A stretch of 51,576 bases of DNA from an uncultured Lachnospiraceae bacterium. Its GTDB lineage: Bacteria; Bacillota; Clostridia; Lachnospirales; Lachnospiraceae. The stretch covers positions 1 through 51,576 of the forward strand of contig CAMOJW010000001.1 of assembly GCA_946617225.1 (NCBI GenBank). The letters run 5' to 3'. Position numbers and translations under genes: made by a program. The notes beneath the pieces were generated by a model, which was not told the DNA's origin, did no database searches, and worked only from the letters and a program-made list of their open reading frames with translations. Below, piece after piece: positions 9,096-18,939 of this stretch (the first letter of the stretch is position 1; each line of letters starts with the position of its first letter).

Positions 9096-11093
9096 GTGGC
9101 AGATCACACGACCGATGAACAACAAGTGAATAAAAAGAACAGACGGCATCCCGGCCTGAGACACTGGCAGGGCATCGCTCTGATCCTGGTCCTCTATGAC
9201 ATGGTGGCGGTGAACCTGGCTTATTTTCTTGCGCTCTGGTTCCGTTTTGACTGTCAGTTTTCGAGGATCGGCCGGAGATTCCTGGATGCCTGGTTCGCCT
9301 TCGTTCCTTTCTATACAGTCTTCTGCCTGGCGGCCTTCTGGGCCCTGCGGATGTACAACAGGATGTGGCGCTATGCCAGTTACGCGGAGCTGGTGGGGGT
9401 GATCCGGTCCTCCGTCCTGACGGCGGTCTTCCACACCGCCGCCATCACGCTGCTGTTTCGCCGCATGCCCATTTCCTACTATATCATGGGTCCCCTGATC
9501 CAGTTCGTACTGGTGCTGGGAGTCCGGTTCTCCTACCGTTTTCTCATTCTGATGAGGGAGAGACGGAAGAGAGAGGACGTGAGCCGCGTCATGCTGATCG
9601 GCGCCGGCAGCGCCGGACGGCTGATCCTGCAGGACCTGCAGCACGCCACGGAAGTGAAGGACAAGGTCGTCTGCATCATCGACGACGAGCCCAACAAATG
9701 GGGCCGCGTCATGGACGGTGTCCCCATCGTGGGCGGCCGGGATTCCATCCTGGAAAATGTACAGAAATACCGGATCCGCAAGATCTTTATGGCCATCCCG
9801 AGCGCAACGGCCCAGCAGCGGCGGGACATCCTGAATATCTGCAAGGAGACGGACTGTGAGCTGAAGGTTCTGCCGGGGCTCTACCAGCTGGTGACCGGAG
9901 AGGTCACGGCCAGCCGGATGAAGAATGTCTCCGTAGAGGATCTCCTCGGGAGAGAACCCATCAACACCGATATGAAGGAAGTCTTTGAGTTCCTCAACGG
10001 CAAGAGGGTCCTCGTCACGGGCGGCGGCGGCTCCATCGGCAGCGAGCTCTGCCGTCAGATCGCAGCGCACGGACCGGAGCAGCTCATCATCTTTGATGTC
10101 TATGAGAACAGCGCCTACGATATCCAGAACGAGCTCAGAGATAAATACCCTTCCCTGAACCTGGAGATGCAGATCGGTTCCGTCCGGGACAGCCGGCGGC
10201 TGTACCAGCTCTTTTCCGAATTCAGGCCGCAGATCGTCTACCACGCCGCGGCGCACAAGCACGTCCCGCTGATGGAGGACAGCCCCTGCGAGGCCATCAA
10301 GAACAATGCCATCGGCACCTATAAGACCGCCTATGCGGCTATGATCCACGGGTGCGAGCGGTTTGTCCTGATCTCGACGGACAAGGCCGTGAATCCCACC
10401 AATGTCATGGGCGCCAGCAAGCGCCTGTGCGAGATGATCATCCAGAGCTTCGACGCCAAGATCAAGGCGGGCCATCCGGAAGAACTGCCGCAGCTCTTCA
10501 CCCACACCGGCACGGAGAATGCGGACAAGGACGGGAGCGGGCAGGTCTTTGAGAATATCTGCACGGAATTCGTGGCTGTCCGTTTTGGCAATGTGCTGGG
10601 GAGCAACGGCTCCGTGGTGCCGCTCTTCAAGAAGATGATCGAGAACGGCGGGCCCGTCAAAGTGACGCATCCCGACATCATCCGGTACTTCATGACGATC
10701 CCGGAGGCGGTGAGCCTGGTGCTGCTGGCGGGGACGTATGCGAAGGGCGGCGAGATCTTCGTGCTCGACATGGGCAGTCCCGTGAAGATCGACACGCTGG
10801 CCAGGAACCTGATCCGCCTGTCCGGTTTCAAGCCGGACGTGGACATCAAGATCGAATACACCGGGCTGCGCCCCGGCGAGAAGCTCTATGAGGAGAAGCT
10901 GATGGCGGAGGAGGGCCTGCAGAGGACCGAGAACGCACTGATCCATATCGGGAAACCGGTCGCTTTTGACGTGGACAGGTTCCTGGAACAGCTGAAGGAG
11001 CTGATGCTGGCCGCTTATAACAACCGCAGGGATATCCGGGACAGGATCGCGGAGGTGGTCACCACTTACCACCCGGCGGACAATGGGCAGTGA
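9096..11093 (+). CDS. Membrane-anchored UDP-GlcNAc 4,6-dehydratase (CapD/PglF family polysaccharide biosynthesis protein)
   Basis: N-terminal TM helices, IGAGSAG, VTGGGGSIGSE, HAAAHKHVP, ISTDKAVNPTNVMGASK, RFGNVLGSNGSV and GLRPGEKLYEE. Start probably GTG 9096 (GAGGAG RBS). Confidence 0.93.
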   Translation: MADHTTDEQQVNKKNRRHPGLRHWQGIALILVLYDMVAVNLAYFLALWFRFDCQFSRIGRRFLDAWFAFVPFYTVFCLAAFWALRMYNRMWRYASYAELVGVIRSSVLTAVFHTAAITLLFRRMPISYYIMGPLIQFVLVLGVRFSYRFLILMRERRKREDVSRVMLIGAGSAGRLILQDLQHATEVKDKVVCIIDDEPNKWGRVMDGVPIVGGRDSILENVQKYRIRKIFMAIPSATAQQRRDILNICKETDCELKVLPGLYQLVTGEVTASRMKNVSVEDLLGREPINTDMKEVFEFLNGKRVLVTGGGGSIGSELCRQIAAHGPEQLIIFDVYENSAYDIQNELRDKYPSLNLEMQIGSVRDSRRLYQLFSEFRPQIVYHAAAHKHVPLMEDSPCEAIKNNAIGTYKTAYAAMIHGCERFVLISTDKAVNPTNVMGASKRLCEMIIQSFDAKIKAGHPEELPQLFTHTGTENADKDGSGQVFENICTEFVAVRFGNVLGSNGSVVPLFKKMIENGGPVKVTHPDIIRYFMTIPEAVSLVLLAGTYAKGGEIFVLDMGSPVKIDTLARNLIRLSGFKPDVDIKIEYTGLRPGEKLYEEKLMAEEGLQRTENALIHIGKPVAFDVDRFLEQLKELMLAAYNNRRDIRDRIAEVVTTYHPADNGQ

Positions 11094-11120
11094 GAACAGA
11101 CAGAACGAAGAGGACAAAAG

Positions 11121-12428
11121 ATGGATTTTACACAGGATCCGCGCTTCAGAGGGATAGAACGGTTTGAAAAGAGGGTCTGGCTGAGCAGCCCCACGATGCA
11201 CGGCGAGGAACAGAAGTGGGTCGACGAGGCGATCCGGACCAACTGGGTCTCCACAGTCGGCGCTAATATCAATGAACTGGAACGGCAGATCGCGGACTAC
11301 GTGGGCTGTCGGCATGCCGTTGCGCTCTCCGCCGGGACGGCAGCGCTCCATCTGGCGGTAAAACTGGCTGGAGAGAACCTCTACGGACAGGCGAGACCGG
11401 ACCACGGTACCCTGGAGGGGAGGAAAGTCTTCTGCTCCGACTGTACGTTTGACGCCTCTGTCAATCCCGTGGCCTATGAGGACGGGGAGGCCGTTTTTAT
11501 TGATACGGAATACGACACCTGGAATATGGACCCCGCGGCGCTGGAGCAGGCATTCCGGCTGTATCCGGAGGTCCGCCTGGTGGTCCTGGCCCATCTGTAC
11601 GGTACGCCCGGCAGGATGGAGGAACTCAAGGAGATCTGTGAGAAGCACGGCGCACTGATCATCGAGGACGCGGCGGAATCTCTCGGAGCGCAGTACCTGC
11701 TGCACGGCAAGTGGGTGGAGACCGGCACGCTGGGCGATTACAACGCCATCAGCTTCAATGGCAACAAGATCATCACCGGCTCCTCCGGCGGCATGTTCCT
11801 GACTGACTCCCGGGAGGATGCGGACAAAGTCCGGAAATGGTCCACCCAGAGCCGGGAGGCTGCGCCCTGGTACCAGCACGAGGAGATCGGGTACAATTAC
11901 CGGATGAGCAATATCATAGCCGGTGTCGTGCGCGGGCAGATCCCCTACCTGCAGGAACACATCGACCAGAAGAGAGCCATCTGGGAGCGATATGAGAAGG
12001 GCCTCAGCGATCTGCCCGTGAGGATGAACCCCTGGGACAGAGAGAAGAGCCGCCCCAATTTCTGGCTGTCCTGCATGACCATCGATCCGGAGGCGCTCGC
12101 GCCGTGCGAGAGAGGGGAGCAGACGGAACTCTGGCAGACCGAACCGGGCAAGAGCAGTCCGGGAGAGATCCTGGCAGCCCTGGCGGCGTTCAACGCCGAG
12201 GGCCGGCCCATCTGGAAACCGATGCACCTGCAGCCGATCTACAGATCGAATCCCTTCGTGACGGCGGACGGGAACGGCAGAGGCCGCACCAACGCCTACA
12301 TCGCCGGCAGCGGCATCGACGTGGGCGCGGATATCTTCCGCAGGGGCCTGTGCCTGCCCAGCGACAACAAGATGACACCGGAGCAGCAGGACAGAGTGAT
12401 CGAGATCATCCACCGCTGCTTTGACTGA
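11121..12428 (+). CDS. DegT/DnrJ/EryC1/StrS PLP-dependent sugar aminotransferase (PglE/AATGal-type)
   Basis: WLSSPTMHGEE, SAGTAALHLA, IEDAAESLG, SFNGNKIIT (PLP lysine), GYNYRMSN, RPIWKPMHLQP and GLCLPS. Confidence 0.93.
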   Translation: MDFTQDPRFRGIERFEKRVWLSSPTMHGEEQKWVDEAIRTNWVSTVGANINELERQIADYVGCRHAVALSAGTAALHLAVKLAGENLYGQARPDHGTLEGRKVFCSDCTFDASVNPVAYEDGEAVFIDTEYDTWNMDPAALEQAFRLYPEVRLVVLAHLYGTPGRMEELKEICEKHGALIIEDAAESLGAQYLLHGKWVETGTLGDYNAISFNGNKIITGSSGGMFLTDSREDADKVRKWSTQSREAAPWYQHEEIGYNYRMSNIIAGVVRGQIPYLQEHIDQKRAIWERYEKGLSDLPVRMNPWDREKSRPNFWLSCMTIDPEALAPCERGEQTELWQTEPGKSSPGEILAALAAFNAEGRPIWKPMHLQPIYRSNPFVTADGNGRGRTNAYIAGSGIDVGADIFRRGLCLPSDNKMTPEQQDRVIEIIHRCFD

Positions 12429-12442
12429 TAAGGAGGTCCCGC

Positions 12443-13111
12443 ATGTATGCCAGACTGATCAAAAGGCCTCTGGGCTTTCTGCTGTCCGCGGCGGCGCTGA
12501 TCGTGCTCTCGCCGGTCCTCCTGGTGCTGACCCTGCTCGGCGCCTTCAAGATGAAGGGGAATCCCTTTTTCACGCAGGATCGTCCCGGCTATCATGAAAA
12601 GATCTTCAAACTGATCAAATACAGGACGATGAGCAACGAAAAGGATAGGAACGGGAAACTGCTGCCGGATGAGAAGCGCCTCAACGGTTACGGCCGGTTT
12701 CTTCGATCCACGTCCCTGGATGAATTGCCGGAACTGGTGAACATCGTCAAGGGCGACATGGCTATCATCGGTCCCAGACCGCTGATCCCCGAATACCTTC
12801 CCTATTATACGGACGAGGAGAGGCACCGCCACGATGTCCGGCCGGGCCTTACCGGCCTCGCGCAGGTGAGCGGCCGGAGTTTTCTCTCATGGGAGGAGAT
12901 CTTCGGGCTGGATCTGGAGTATGTCCGCAATATCTCCTTCCTGAATGACGTGAAGATCATCGGCAGGACGCTGGCCAAGGTCGTCGGCAGGAAAGACGTC
13001 GCCGATCTCACGACAGCGCACGTCGGCAAGGACGGGAGAAAATACATCGTGGTCGACGGTCATGAGTATGCTCTTCATCAGCCGCTCAACGTGGAAAGGG
13101 CACCGAAATGA
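12443..13111 (+). CDS. Initiating monotopic phosphoglycosyl transferase (Bac_transf, PglC-like sugar transferase)
   Basis: KR...LSPV, KYRTM, LRSTSLDELPEL, IGPRP and RPGLTGLAQV motifs; AAGGAGG RBS. Confidence 0.93.
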   Translation: MYARLIKRPLGFLLSAAALIVLSPVLLVLTLLGAFKMKGNPFFTQDRPGYHEKIFKLIKYRTMSNEKDRNGKLLPDEKRLNGYGRFLRSTSLDELPELVNIVKGDMAIIGPRPLIPEYLPYYTDEERHRHDVRPGLTGLAQVSGRSFLSWEEIFGLDLEYVRNISFLNDVKIIGRTLAKVVGRKDVADLTTAHVGKDGRKYIVVDGHEYALHQPLNVERAPK

Positions 13112-14199
13112 GACTGCCGGAGATAGGGAGTGATTTCTGGATCGATCCCGGGGAGGATCTTACGCCGTCGGGCGGGATCTCGCTGGAACAGTATCGCCTC
13201 GGAGGGTCGGACACAGTCCTGCTCTCCACGGGGAGATCCGCCATCGCGCTGGTCCTGGAGGAAAGGGACCGGCCTGCCGCGGGACGGAGCAGGAAAGCGC
13301 TTGTTCCGCCTTACACCTGTGAATCAGTGCTGCAGCCTTTTCTGGAGAGGGGCTATGAGCTGCAGGCCTATCCCGTATCGGAGGAGCTGCAGACAACACC
13401 GGCAGAACTGGAAGAAGCGATCGGAAAGGCGAGACCGGATGTCGTGCTGGTGCACGGCTATTTCGGTTTTGACTCCCTGAAAGGATGCGGGACGGTGATC
13501 CGGAGCCATGCCGGTGAAGGGATCACATTTGTGGAAGATGTCACGCAGACACTGTTCAGCGGGCACGTGCGTCTGCCGGCGGATCATTATGTGGGAAGTC
13601 TGCGCAAATGGGCGGGGATGCCTGACGGCGGGTTTGCCGTACGCCGGACAGGCTTTTTTTCGTACAGGCCCGAAGTGTGCGATGAGACGCTCAGCAGGAT
13701 GAAACTGGCCGCCTGTTATGCCAAATATGAATATCTGTATCACGGCAGAGGGGACAAACAGGCCTTCCTGGATATGTACGCCGCCGCCGAGGAACATCTG
13801 GACGCGGCGGATCGCTGTTACAGGATCAGTCCGGCCTCCGAGGCCATCCTGGCCAGGCTCGACGCGAAAAGGCTGTCGGACCGGAGGAGGGAGAATTACA
13901 GGGTCCTGTTCGAAGAGCTAAAGGATGTGCCCGGTCTGCATTCCGTCACCGGGGAGCCGGATCCGGATACGGTGCCTCTGTATTTCCCGATGTACGTGGA
14001 GGACAGAAGGGCTCTGCAGCTGAAACTCCGGGAGGAGAGGATCTATGCGCCGGTCATCTGGCCGAGGCCGGAGCATCTGCCTGCGATCTGCAGGGAAGCG
14101 GATGATCTTTATGAACATATCCTCTGCATCCCGATCGATCAGAGATATGACGCGCAGGACATGGAAAGAGTGATCGGAGTCATCAAAAAGGGATCGTAA
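13108..14199 (+). CDS. Divergent DegT-like PLP-dependent aminotransferase-fold protein
   Basis: STGRSAI, PPYTCESV, YFGF, EDVTQ, GSLRKW (candidate PLP lysine) and LCIPIDQRY; ATGA-coupled to the upstream gene. Confidence 0.7.
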   Translation: MRLPEIGSDFWIDPGEDLTPSGGISLEQYRLGGSDTVLLSTGRSAIALVLEERDRPAAGRSRKALVPPYTCESVLQPFLERGYELQAYPVSEELQTTPAELEEAIGKARPDVVLVHGYFGFDSLKGCGTVIRSHAGEGITFVEDVTQTLFSGHVRLPADHYVGSLRKWAGMPDGGFAVRRTGFFSYRPEVCDETLSRMKLAACYAKYEYLYHGRGDKQAFLDMYAAAEEHLDAADRCYRISPASEAILARLDAKRLSDRRRENYRVLFEELKDVPGLHSVTGEPDPDTVPLYFPMYVEDRRALQLKLREERIYAPVIWPRPEHLPAICREADDLYEHILCIPIDQRYDAQDMERVIGVIKKGS

Positions 14200-14200
14200 A

Positions 14201-14665
14201 ATGGAGATCAGAAAGATCGACAGTGTCCTCTGCCATGAGTACAGGGAGACCATCAGCAGGTATATCTACAAAAGCGTTGTCAACAGCCGCTTTATGGACT
14301 CCTATACGGAGGAGGATGCCCGCGCCAAATGCGGGGAACTGGAACATTATCTGGAGCAGGACAAGGCGGTAGTGTACGGCGCTTTTGACGGGGATCAGAT
14401 GGCCGGGTTTATCTGGGCATATGATTATCCCTTCAGAGAGGACAGGAACCGCCTGTATATCAGCATCATCTACCTGGATCCCTCCTTCAGGGGGCAGCAC
14501 ATCGGGCAGCAGCTGATCGCCGCCGTGCGGACATATGCCGCCGACAACGGCTACCGTGCCCTGTTTCTGCACACGGAGGGGCATAATACGGGTGCGCAGG
14601 CCTTTTATGCAGCCATGGGCTTTGCCGTGGAACGGCTGCAGCTGGTGGAGGAGATAGACAAGTGA
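14201..14665 (+). CDS. GNAT family N-acetyltransferase
   Basis: Acetyl-CoA motif A FRGQHIGQQL and N..AQAFYAAMGF. Confidence 0.88.
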   Translation: MEIRKIDSVLCHEYRETISRYIYKSVVNSRFMDSYTEEDARAKCGELEHYLEQDKAVVYGAFDGDQMAGFIWAYDYPFREDRNRLYISIIYLDPSFRGQHIGQQLIAAVRTYAADNGYRALFLHTEGHNTGAQAFYAAMGFAVERLQLVEEIDK

Positions 14666-15882
14666 CCGACCTGAGAGACAGAAAACTCCTTGTTCTGGGC
14701 GCGGGAGAAGCACAGCTCCAGATCATCCGGGCGTCCAAAGAACTGGGGATCTGTACCATCGTGTGCGACATGCGCCCGGAGATGGAAGGAGCCAGGATCG
14801 CGGACAGATACTACCGCGTCAATTACATGGACAGAGAGGCCATCTTGGAGGTGGCCCGCAGGGAGGAGGTGGACGGCGTGATCTCCAACTCCGAGCCGGC
14901 CATGATCAATGTCGCCTGGCTGTCGGAGCAGATGGGGCTCCCCGGAAACAGCGAGCGGTCCGTACAGATCCTTCTGTCCAAGGATGCTTTCCGGTCTCTG
15001 CAGGAGGAGGCCGGTGTTTTTGCGCCTTCTCACCGGGTAGTGTCCGACGAGCAGGAGCTGTTTGAGGCGGTACATGAGATAGGACTGCCGCTGGTGATCA
15101 AACCGGTCCTGAGCTCCGGAACAAGGGGCACGACGGTCATCGAAACGGAGGACAGGGACAGGATCCTCTGGGCTTACAGGGAGTGTACGGAATTCTCCAG
15201 GGACGGAAGAGCTTCCGTGGAGCAGTATGTGCAGATGGATTCTCTGGTGGCCTATGACGCGGAGCTGTTCGTCTGCGGAGAGGAGATCCTGTGGGACGGC
15301 CTCTACGCATCCTACCGGTATGCCGATGCGCCGATGCTTCCGGTGATGGAATCTCTTCCGCTGGACATCTCTCCCGAAAGACAGGAAGCCATCAAGACCA
15401 GTATCGGAACGATGATCCGCGCTGCGGGGATCCGTTTGGGCGAATACAATGCGGAGACCTACTTTACCCGGGAGGGGGAAGTTTTTGTCATCGAGATCAA
15501 TCCCCGGCAGGGAGGGAATCATATCCCGGATCTCGTCTGTGAACACGCCGGCATCGATCTCACCAAACTGCTCTGCGCCACGGCGGTCGGTGATCTGCAG
15601 TATTTCCGGGAAGCGAGCGCGCAGCGCGGGAAACGGGCTTTCGTGACCATGTATGTGGTCTTCTCCCTGACAGAGGGGACCTACCGGGGACTGTCGATCG
15701 ATGAGGAGATCAGGCCCTATGTCCGGTGGGTGCAGGAGCTTGCGGCAGTCGGAGAACACATCCACAAAAAGGAAAATGCGGGAGATTCTCTGGCTTTTGT
15801 CCGGATGTCCTTTGATTCCGCAGAGCAGCAGAAGGCTTTCATGAGCAGGATAGACACGCTGATCCGGCCCGTGGTCGGCTGA
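14662..15882 (+). CDS. ATP-grasp domain protein (amino-acid ligase-like)
   Basis: LVLGAG..Q, K..FR, PLVIKP..SSGTRG, VEQY and VIEINPRQGGN. Confidence 0.88.
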   Translation: MTDLRDRKLLVLGAGEAQLQIIRASKELGICTIVCDMRPEMEGARIADRYYRVNYMDREAILEVARREEVDGVISNSEPAMINVAWLSEQMGLPGNSERSVQILLSKDAFRSLQEEAGVFAPSHRVVSDEQELFEAVHEIGLPLVIKPVLSSGTRGTTVIETEDRDRILWAYRECTEFSRDGRASVEQYVQMDSLVAYDAELFVCGEEILWDGLYASYRYADAPMLPVMESLPLDISPERQEAIKTSIGTMIRAAGIRLGEYNAETYFTREGEVFVIEINPRQGGNHIPDLVCEHAGIDLTKLLCATAVGDLQYFREASAQRGKRAFVTMYVVFSLTEGTYRGLSIDEEIRPYVRWVQELAAVGEHIHKKENAGDSLAFVRMSFDSAEQQKAFMSRIDTLIRPVVG

Positions 15883-15914
15883 CCCGCTGTCGCAGGGGTC
15901 TCGGAGAGATAGCT

Positions 15915-16946
15915 ATGTTGACGACGTATACACTGGAACAGTCAGAGAAATGGGATGCCGCCGTGCGCTCCTTCCGGGAGTACGACGTGTATTGGCTGAG
16001 CGGCTATGTCCGGGCTTTTCAGATCCACGGGGACGGGGATCCGAGGCTCTTCTTCTACGAAGGGGAAGAGACGCGGGGGATCAACGTGGTCATGGTCCGG
16101 GACGTGGCGGACGATCCCCGCTTCACGGGGAGGATCCCCCGGGGACAGTACTTCGATATCGCAACGCCTTACGGTTACGGCGGATGGATCATAGAAGGGA
16201 CGGGAACGGAGGAGCTCTTCCGGGAATACAGCCGCTGGATGGAACAGAACGGCATCATCTCGGAATTCGTGCGGTTCCATCCGATGCTGGAGAATCACGC
16301 CGCGTGTACCGGGCACTATGAAGTCATCCGCCTCGGGGAAGTCGTCCACATGGACCTCTCCTCCCCGGAGGAGATCTGGCAGAACATCACCAGCAAGAAC
16401 CGGAACGTGATCCGCAAGGCGGCCAAAAACGGCGTCACGATCTACAACGGCAGGTTTCCGCAGATCTTCGGCACTTTCCGGGAGATCTACGACGCCACCA
16501 TGGACAAAGACCATGCCGACGCTTATTATTATTTCGGCCGGGAGTTCTATGACTCCATCCTGGCGGATCTGCCCCGGAATGCCCAGGTGTTCTGGGCAGA
16601 GAAGGACGGGAAGGTCATCGCGGCCTCCATCATTCTCTTCGCAAACGGCAGGATGAACTATCATCTCTCCGGAAGCGTCCGGGAATACAGTTCGCTGGCA
16701 CCCACCAATCTGCTGCTGTACCATGCGGCACTGTGGGGAAATGCCAACGGTTACAGAAGTTTCTATCTCGGCGGCGGCGTCGGGTCCGGCGAGGACGGGC
16801 TGTTCAAGTTCAAGAGAGCCTTTTACAAGGGGGACCTCCACCGTTTCCACATCGGGAAAAAGGTCTACGATCAGGAGAAGTATGATGAATTGCTGGCCTT
16901 GAGGGGGCCGCTCGACACGGGATTCTTCCCGAAATACAGGGGATGA
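15915..16946 (+). CDS. FemABX-like / GNAT-fold acyltransferase
   Basis: TPYGYGG, EFVRFHP, RNVIRKA.KNGV, YHLSGS, LGGG and LFKFKRAF motifs typical of polysaccharide-locus FemAB-like proteins. Confidence 0.82.
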   Translation: MLTTYTLEQSEKWDAAVRSFREYDVYWLSGYVRAFQIHGDGDPRLFFYEGEETRGINVVMVRDVADDPRFTGRIPRGQYFDIATPYGYGGWIIEGTGTEELFREYSRWMEQNGIISEFVRFHPMLENHAACTGHYEVIRLGEVVHMDLSSPEEIWQNITSKNRNVIRKAAKNGVTIYNGRFPQIFGTFREIYDATMDKDHADAYYYFGREFYDSILADLPRNAQVFWAEKDGKVIAASIILFANGRMNYHLSGSVREYSSLAPTNLLLYHAALWGNANGYRSFYLGGGVGSGEDGLFKFKRAFYKGDLHRFHIGKKVYDQEKYDELLALRGPLDTGFFPKYRG

Positions 16947-16991
16947 ATGCGGCAGTGACCGGCCCAGGCTTGCAGGAGCAGGAAGGTGTAT

Positions 16992-17873
16992 ATGAGTGAA
17001 TTGATCACATTGACGGATGAGCAGCTGAAGGCGCTCCAGAAGAAGAGCCTCGAGATCACGCAGTATATCGTGGATTTCTGCAAGGCACACGATCTCCGGG
17101 TGTATGTGTTCGCCGGGGCCAGCCTCGGCGCCGTCAGGCACAAGGGGTTCATCCCGTGGGACGACGATATCGACCTGTGCATGCCTGCACCCGATTTTGC
17201 CAGGCTGCTGGAGATCTGGGACAAGGAGGCCGACACGGATCACTACTCCCTCTGCCTCATCCGCAAGGGCTACAACGACCATCATCTGTCGACTTCGATC
17301 CGGGACAATTACACGACCTTCATCACGGAGGCGTCCGTGGACACGGACACCAACCAGGGCGTAGCGATAGACTTCGGTCCGCTGCATGCCGCCGCCCGGA
17401 CCAAAGTGGGGCGGGCGGTCCAGCTGGCCTGCGCCTGCGGCCGGTCCCTGTTCAAGGCGGGGAGGCTGCCCAACCGGCAGAGCCGCAAGGTCTACATCGC
17501 CTCCAAGATCCTGCTGGGGATCTTCCGGGGCGATACCATCCGGTATTATATCTGGAGCACGCTGGAGAAGATCGCCACCATACCCGACCGGTATTATGAG
17601 GAGGCCAGATACGTCAAAGAGTTCTCCATGTTCCCGTTCATCACCTGGCTGTACCCGCGGGAGTGGTTCGACAAGGCTGTCTGGGTCCCCTTTGAGGACA
17701 CCGAGCTCCCGCTGCCGGTGGGCGTGAAGGAGTATCTGACCAAACGGTACGGGAACTACATGGAACTGCCGCCGGAGAAGGACCGCCACCCGGAGCACCG
17801 GATCGTCTTCATGGATCTGGATACTCCGTACAAAGAGTACAGAGGGAAGAAATACTACGTCGGTAAGGACTGA
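16992..17873 (+). CDS. LicD family phosphotransferase (resembles pneumococcal LicD3 ribitol-phosphate transferase type)
   Basis: GASLGAVRHKGFIPWDDDIDL, PFED and YGNYMELPP motifs; ATG 16992 follows AGGAAGG. The subfamily similarity is from memory and unverified. Confidence 0.88.
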   Translation: MSELITLTDEQLKALQKKSLEITQYIVDFCKAHDLRVYVFAGASLGAVRHKGFIPWDDDIDLCMPAPDFARLLEIWDKEADTDHYSLCLIRKGYNDHHLSTSIRDNYTTFITEASVDTDTNQGVAIDFGPLHAAARTKVGRAVQLACACGRSLFKAGRLPNRQSRKVYIASKILLGIFRGDTIRYYIWSTLEKIATIPDRYYEEARYVKEFSMFPFITWLYPREWFDKAVWVPFEDTELPLPVGVKEYLTKRYGNYMELPPEKDRHPEHRIVFMDLDTPYKEYRGKKYYVGKD

Positions 17874-17923
17874 ACCGGAAGGGCGGAGGCCCGGAACGGA
17901 GAACAGGAGCACAGACAGGGAAT

Positions 17924-18937
17924 ATGGGTGAACAGGTGAAGGAAGAACAGAGGATCGATATCGTGATCCCCTGGGTGGATCCCGGGGATCCTGTCTGGAG
18001 AGCGGACAAGGCGCGCTACAGCGGCAAGATCGCCATGGGCGAAGACGACCGGGAGATCCGGTACAGGGACTGGGACAACCTGCAGTACGTGTTCAGGAGC
18101 ATTGAAAAGTTTGCCCCCTGGGTGCGCACCGTCCATTTCATCACCTGCGGCCATCTCCCGCCGTGGCTCGATACCGAGTGCCCTAAGCTGCATATAGTGC
18201 GGCATACGGATTACATACCCGGGGAATATCTTCCGACATTCAGTTCCCATGTCATCGAGCTGAACATGAACCGCATCGAGGGCCTCAGCGAACAGTTCAT
18301 CTATCTCAACGACGACATCTTCCTGATCCGCCCCACGCGGCCGGAGGATTTCTTCAGGAACGGACTCCCCTGCGACGTCAATATCCCGAATCTGATCGTC
18401 CCTGTCCTGTCCAATTTCTCCCCGATCGTCTTCAACTGTGTCGGGTATATCAATAAGCATTTCCTCAAAAGGACCGGTATGAAGCGTGCTCCGGGCATGT
18501 ATTTCAACCCGCGTTACGGGCTGTCCGGACTGCTCAGGGCTTGTCTTTTTGCTCCGTGGGCCAATTATACGGGTTTTTACAACCATCATCTGGCCGTCTC
18601 CTACCTGCGGTCGACGCTGGACGAGGTGTGGGCAGCTGAGCCTGAGATCCTGGAGCAGACCTGTTCGCACCGCTTCCGGGACAATACGGATGTCAACCAG
18701 TATATCTTCCGCTTCTGGCAGCTTGCCTCCGGAAGGTTCGTGCCCGGGACCCTCCACGGGAAGTATTTCAAGATCTCCGCTGACAACCGGAGGATCCTGG
18801 AGTACATCAGGGGGAGGAAAGGCCGGATGATCTGTATCAACGACGATGAGTTCGAGGGCGATTTTGAGGCGGTGAAGAAAGAGATCAACGGGGCTCTGGA
18901 GCAGCTTCTGCCTGACAGATGTTCTTTCGAGAAGTGA
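17924..18937 (+). CDS. Stealth family hexose-1-phosphate transferase
   Basis: CR1 IDIVIPWVD, CR2 RYRDWDNLQYVFRSIEKFAPWV...LPTFSS...FIYLNDD, CR3 HRFRD and CR4 ICINDD. Confidence 0.92.
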   Translation: MGEQVKEEQRIDIVIPWVDPGDPVWRADKARYSGKIAMGEDDREIRYRDWDNLQYVFRSIEKFAPWVRTVHFITCGHLPPWLDTECPKLHIVRHTDYIPGEYLPTFSSHVIELNMNRIEGLSEQFIYLNDDIFLIRPTRPEDFFRNGLPCDVNIPNLIVPVLSNFSPIVFNCVGYINKHFLKRTGMKRAPGMYFNPRYGLSGLLRACLFAPWANYTGFYNHHLAVSYLRSTLDEVWAAEPEILEQTCSHRFRDNTDVNQYIFRFWQLASGRFVPGTLHGKYFKISADNRRILEYIRGRKGRMICINDDEFEGDFEAVKKEINGALEQLLPDRCSFEK

Positions 18938-18939
18938 CT

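Noticed and set aside
8931-12413. 1160-aa minus-strand ORF, plus similar long antisense ORFs (15942-17912, 18601-20199, 20238-22475, 33643-35181, 3684-4964)
   Set aside because: They lie opposite well-supported genes and have no recognisable motifs; they are expected shadow ORFs from high-GC codon bias.
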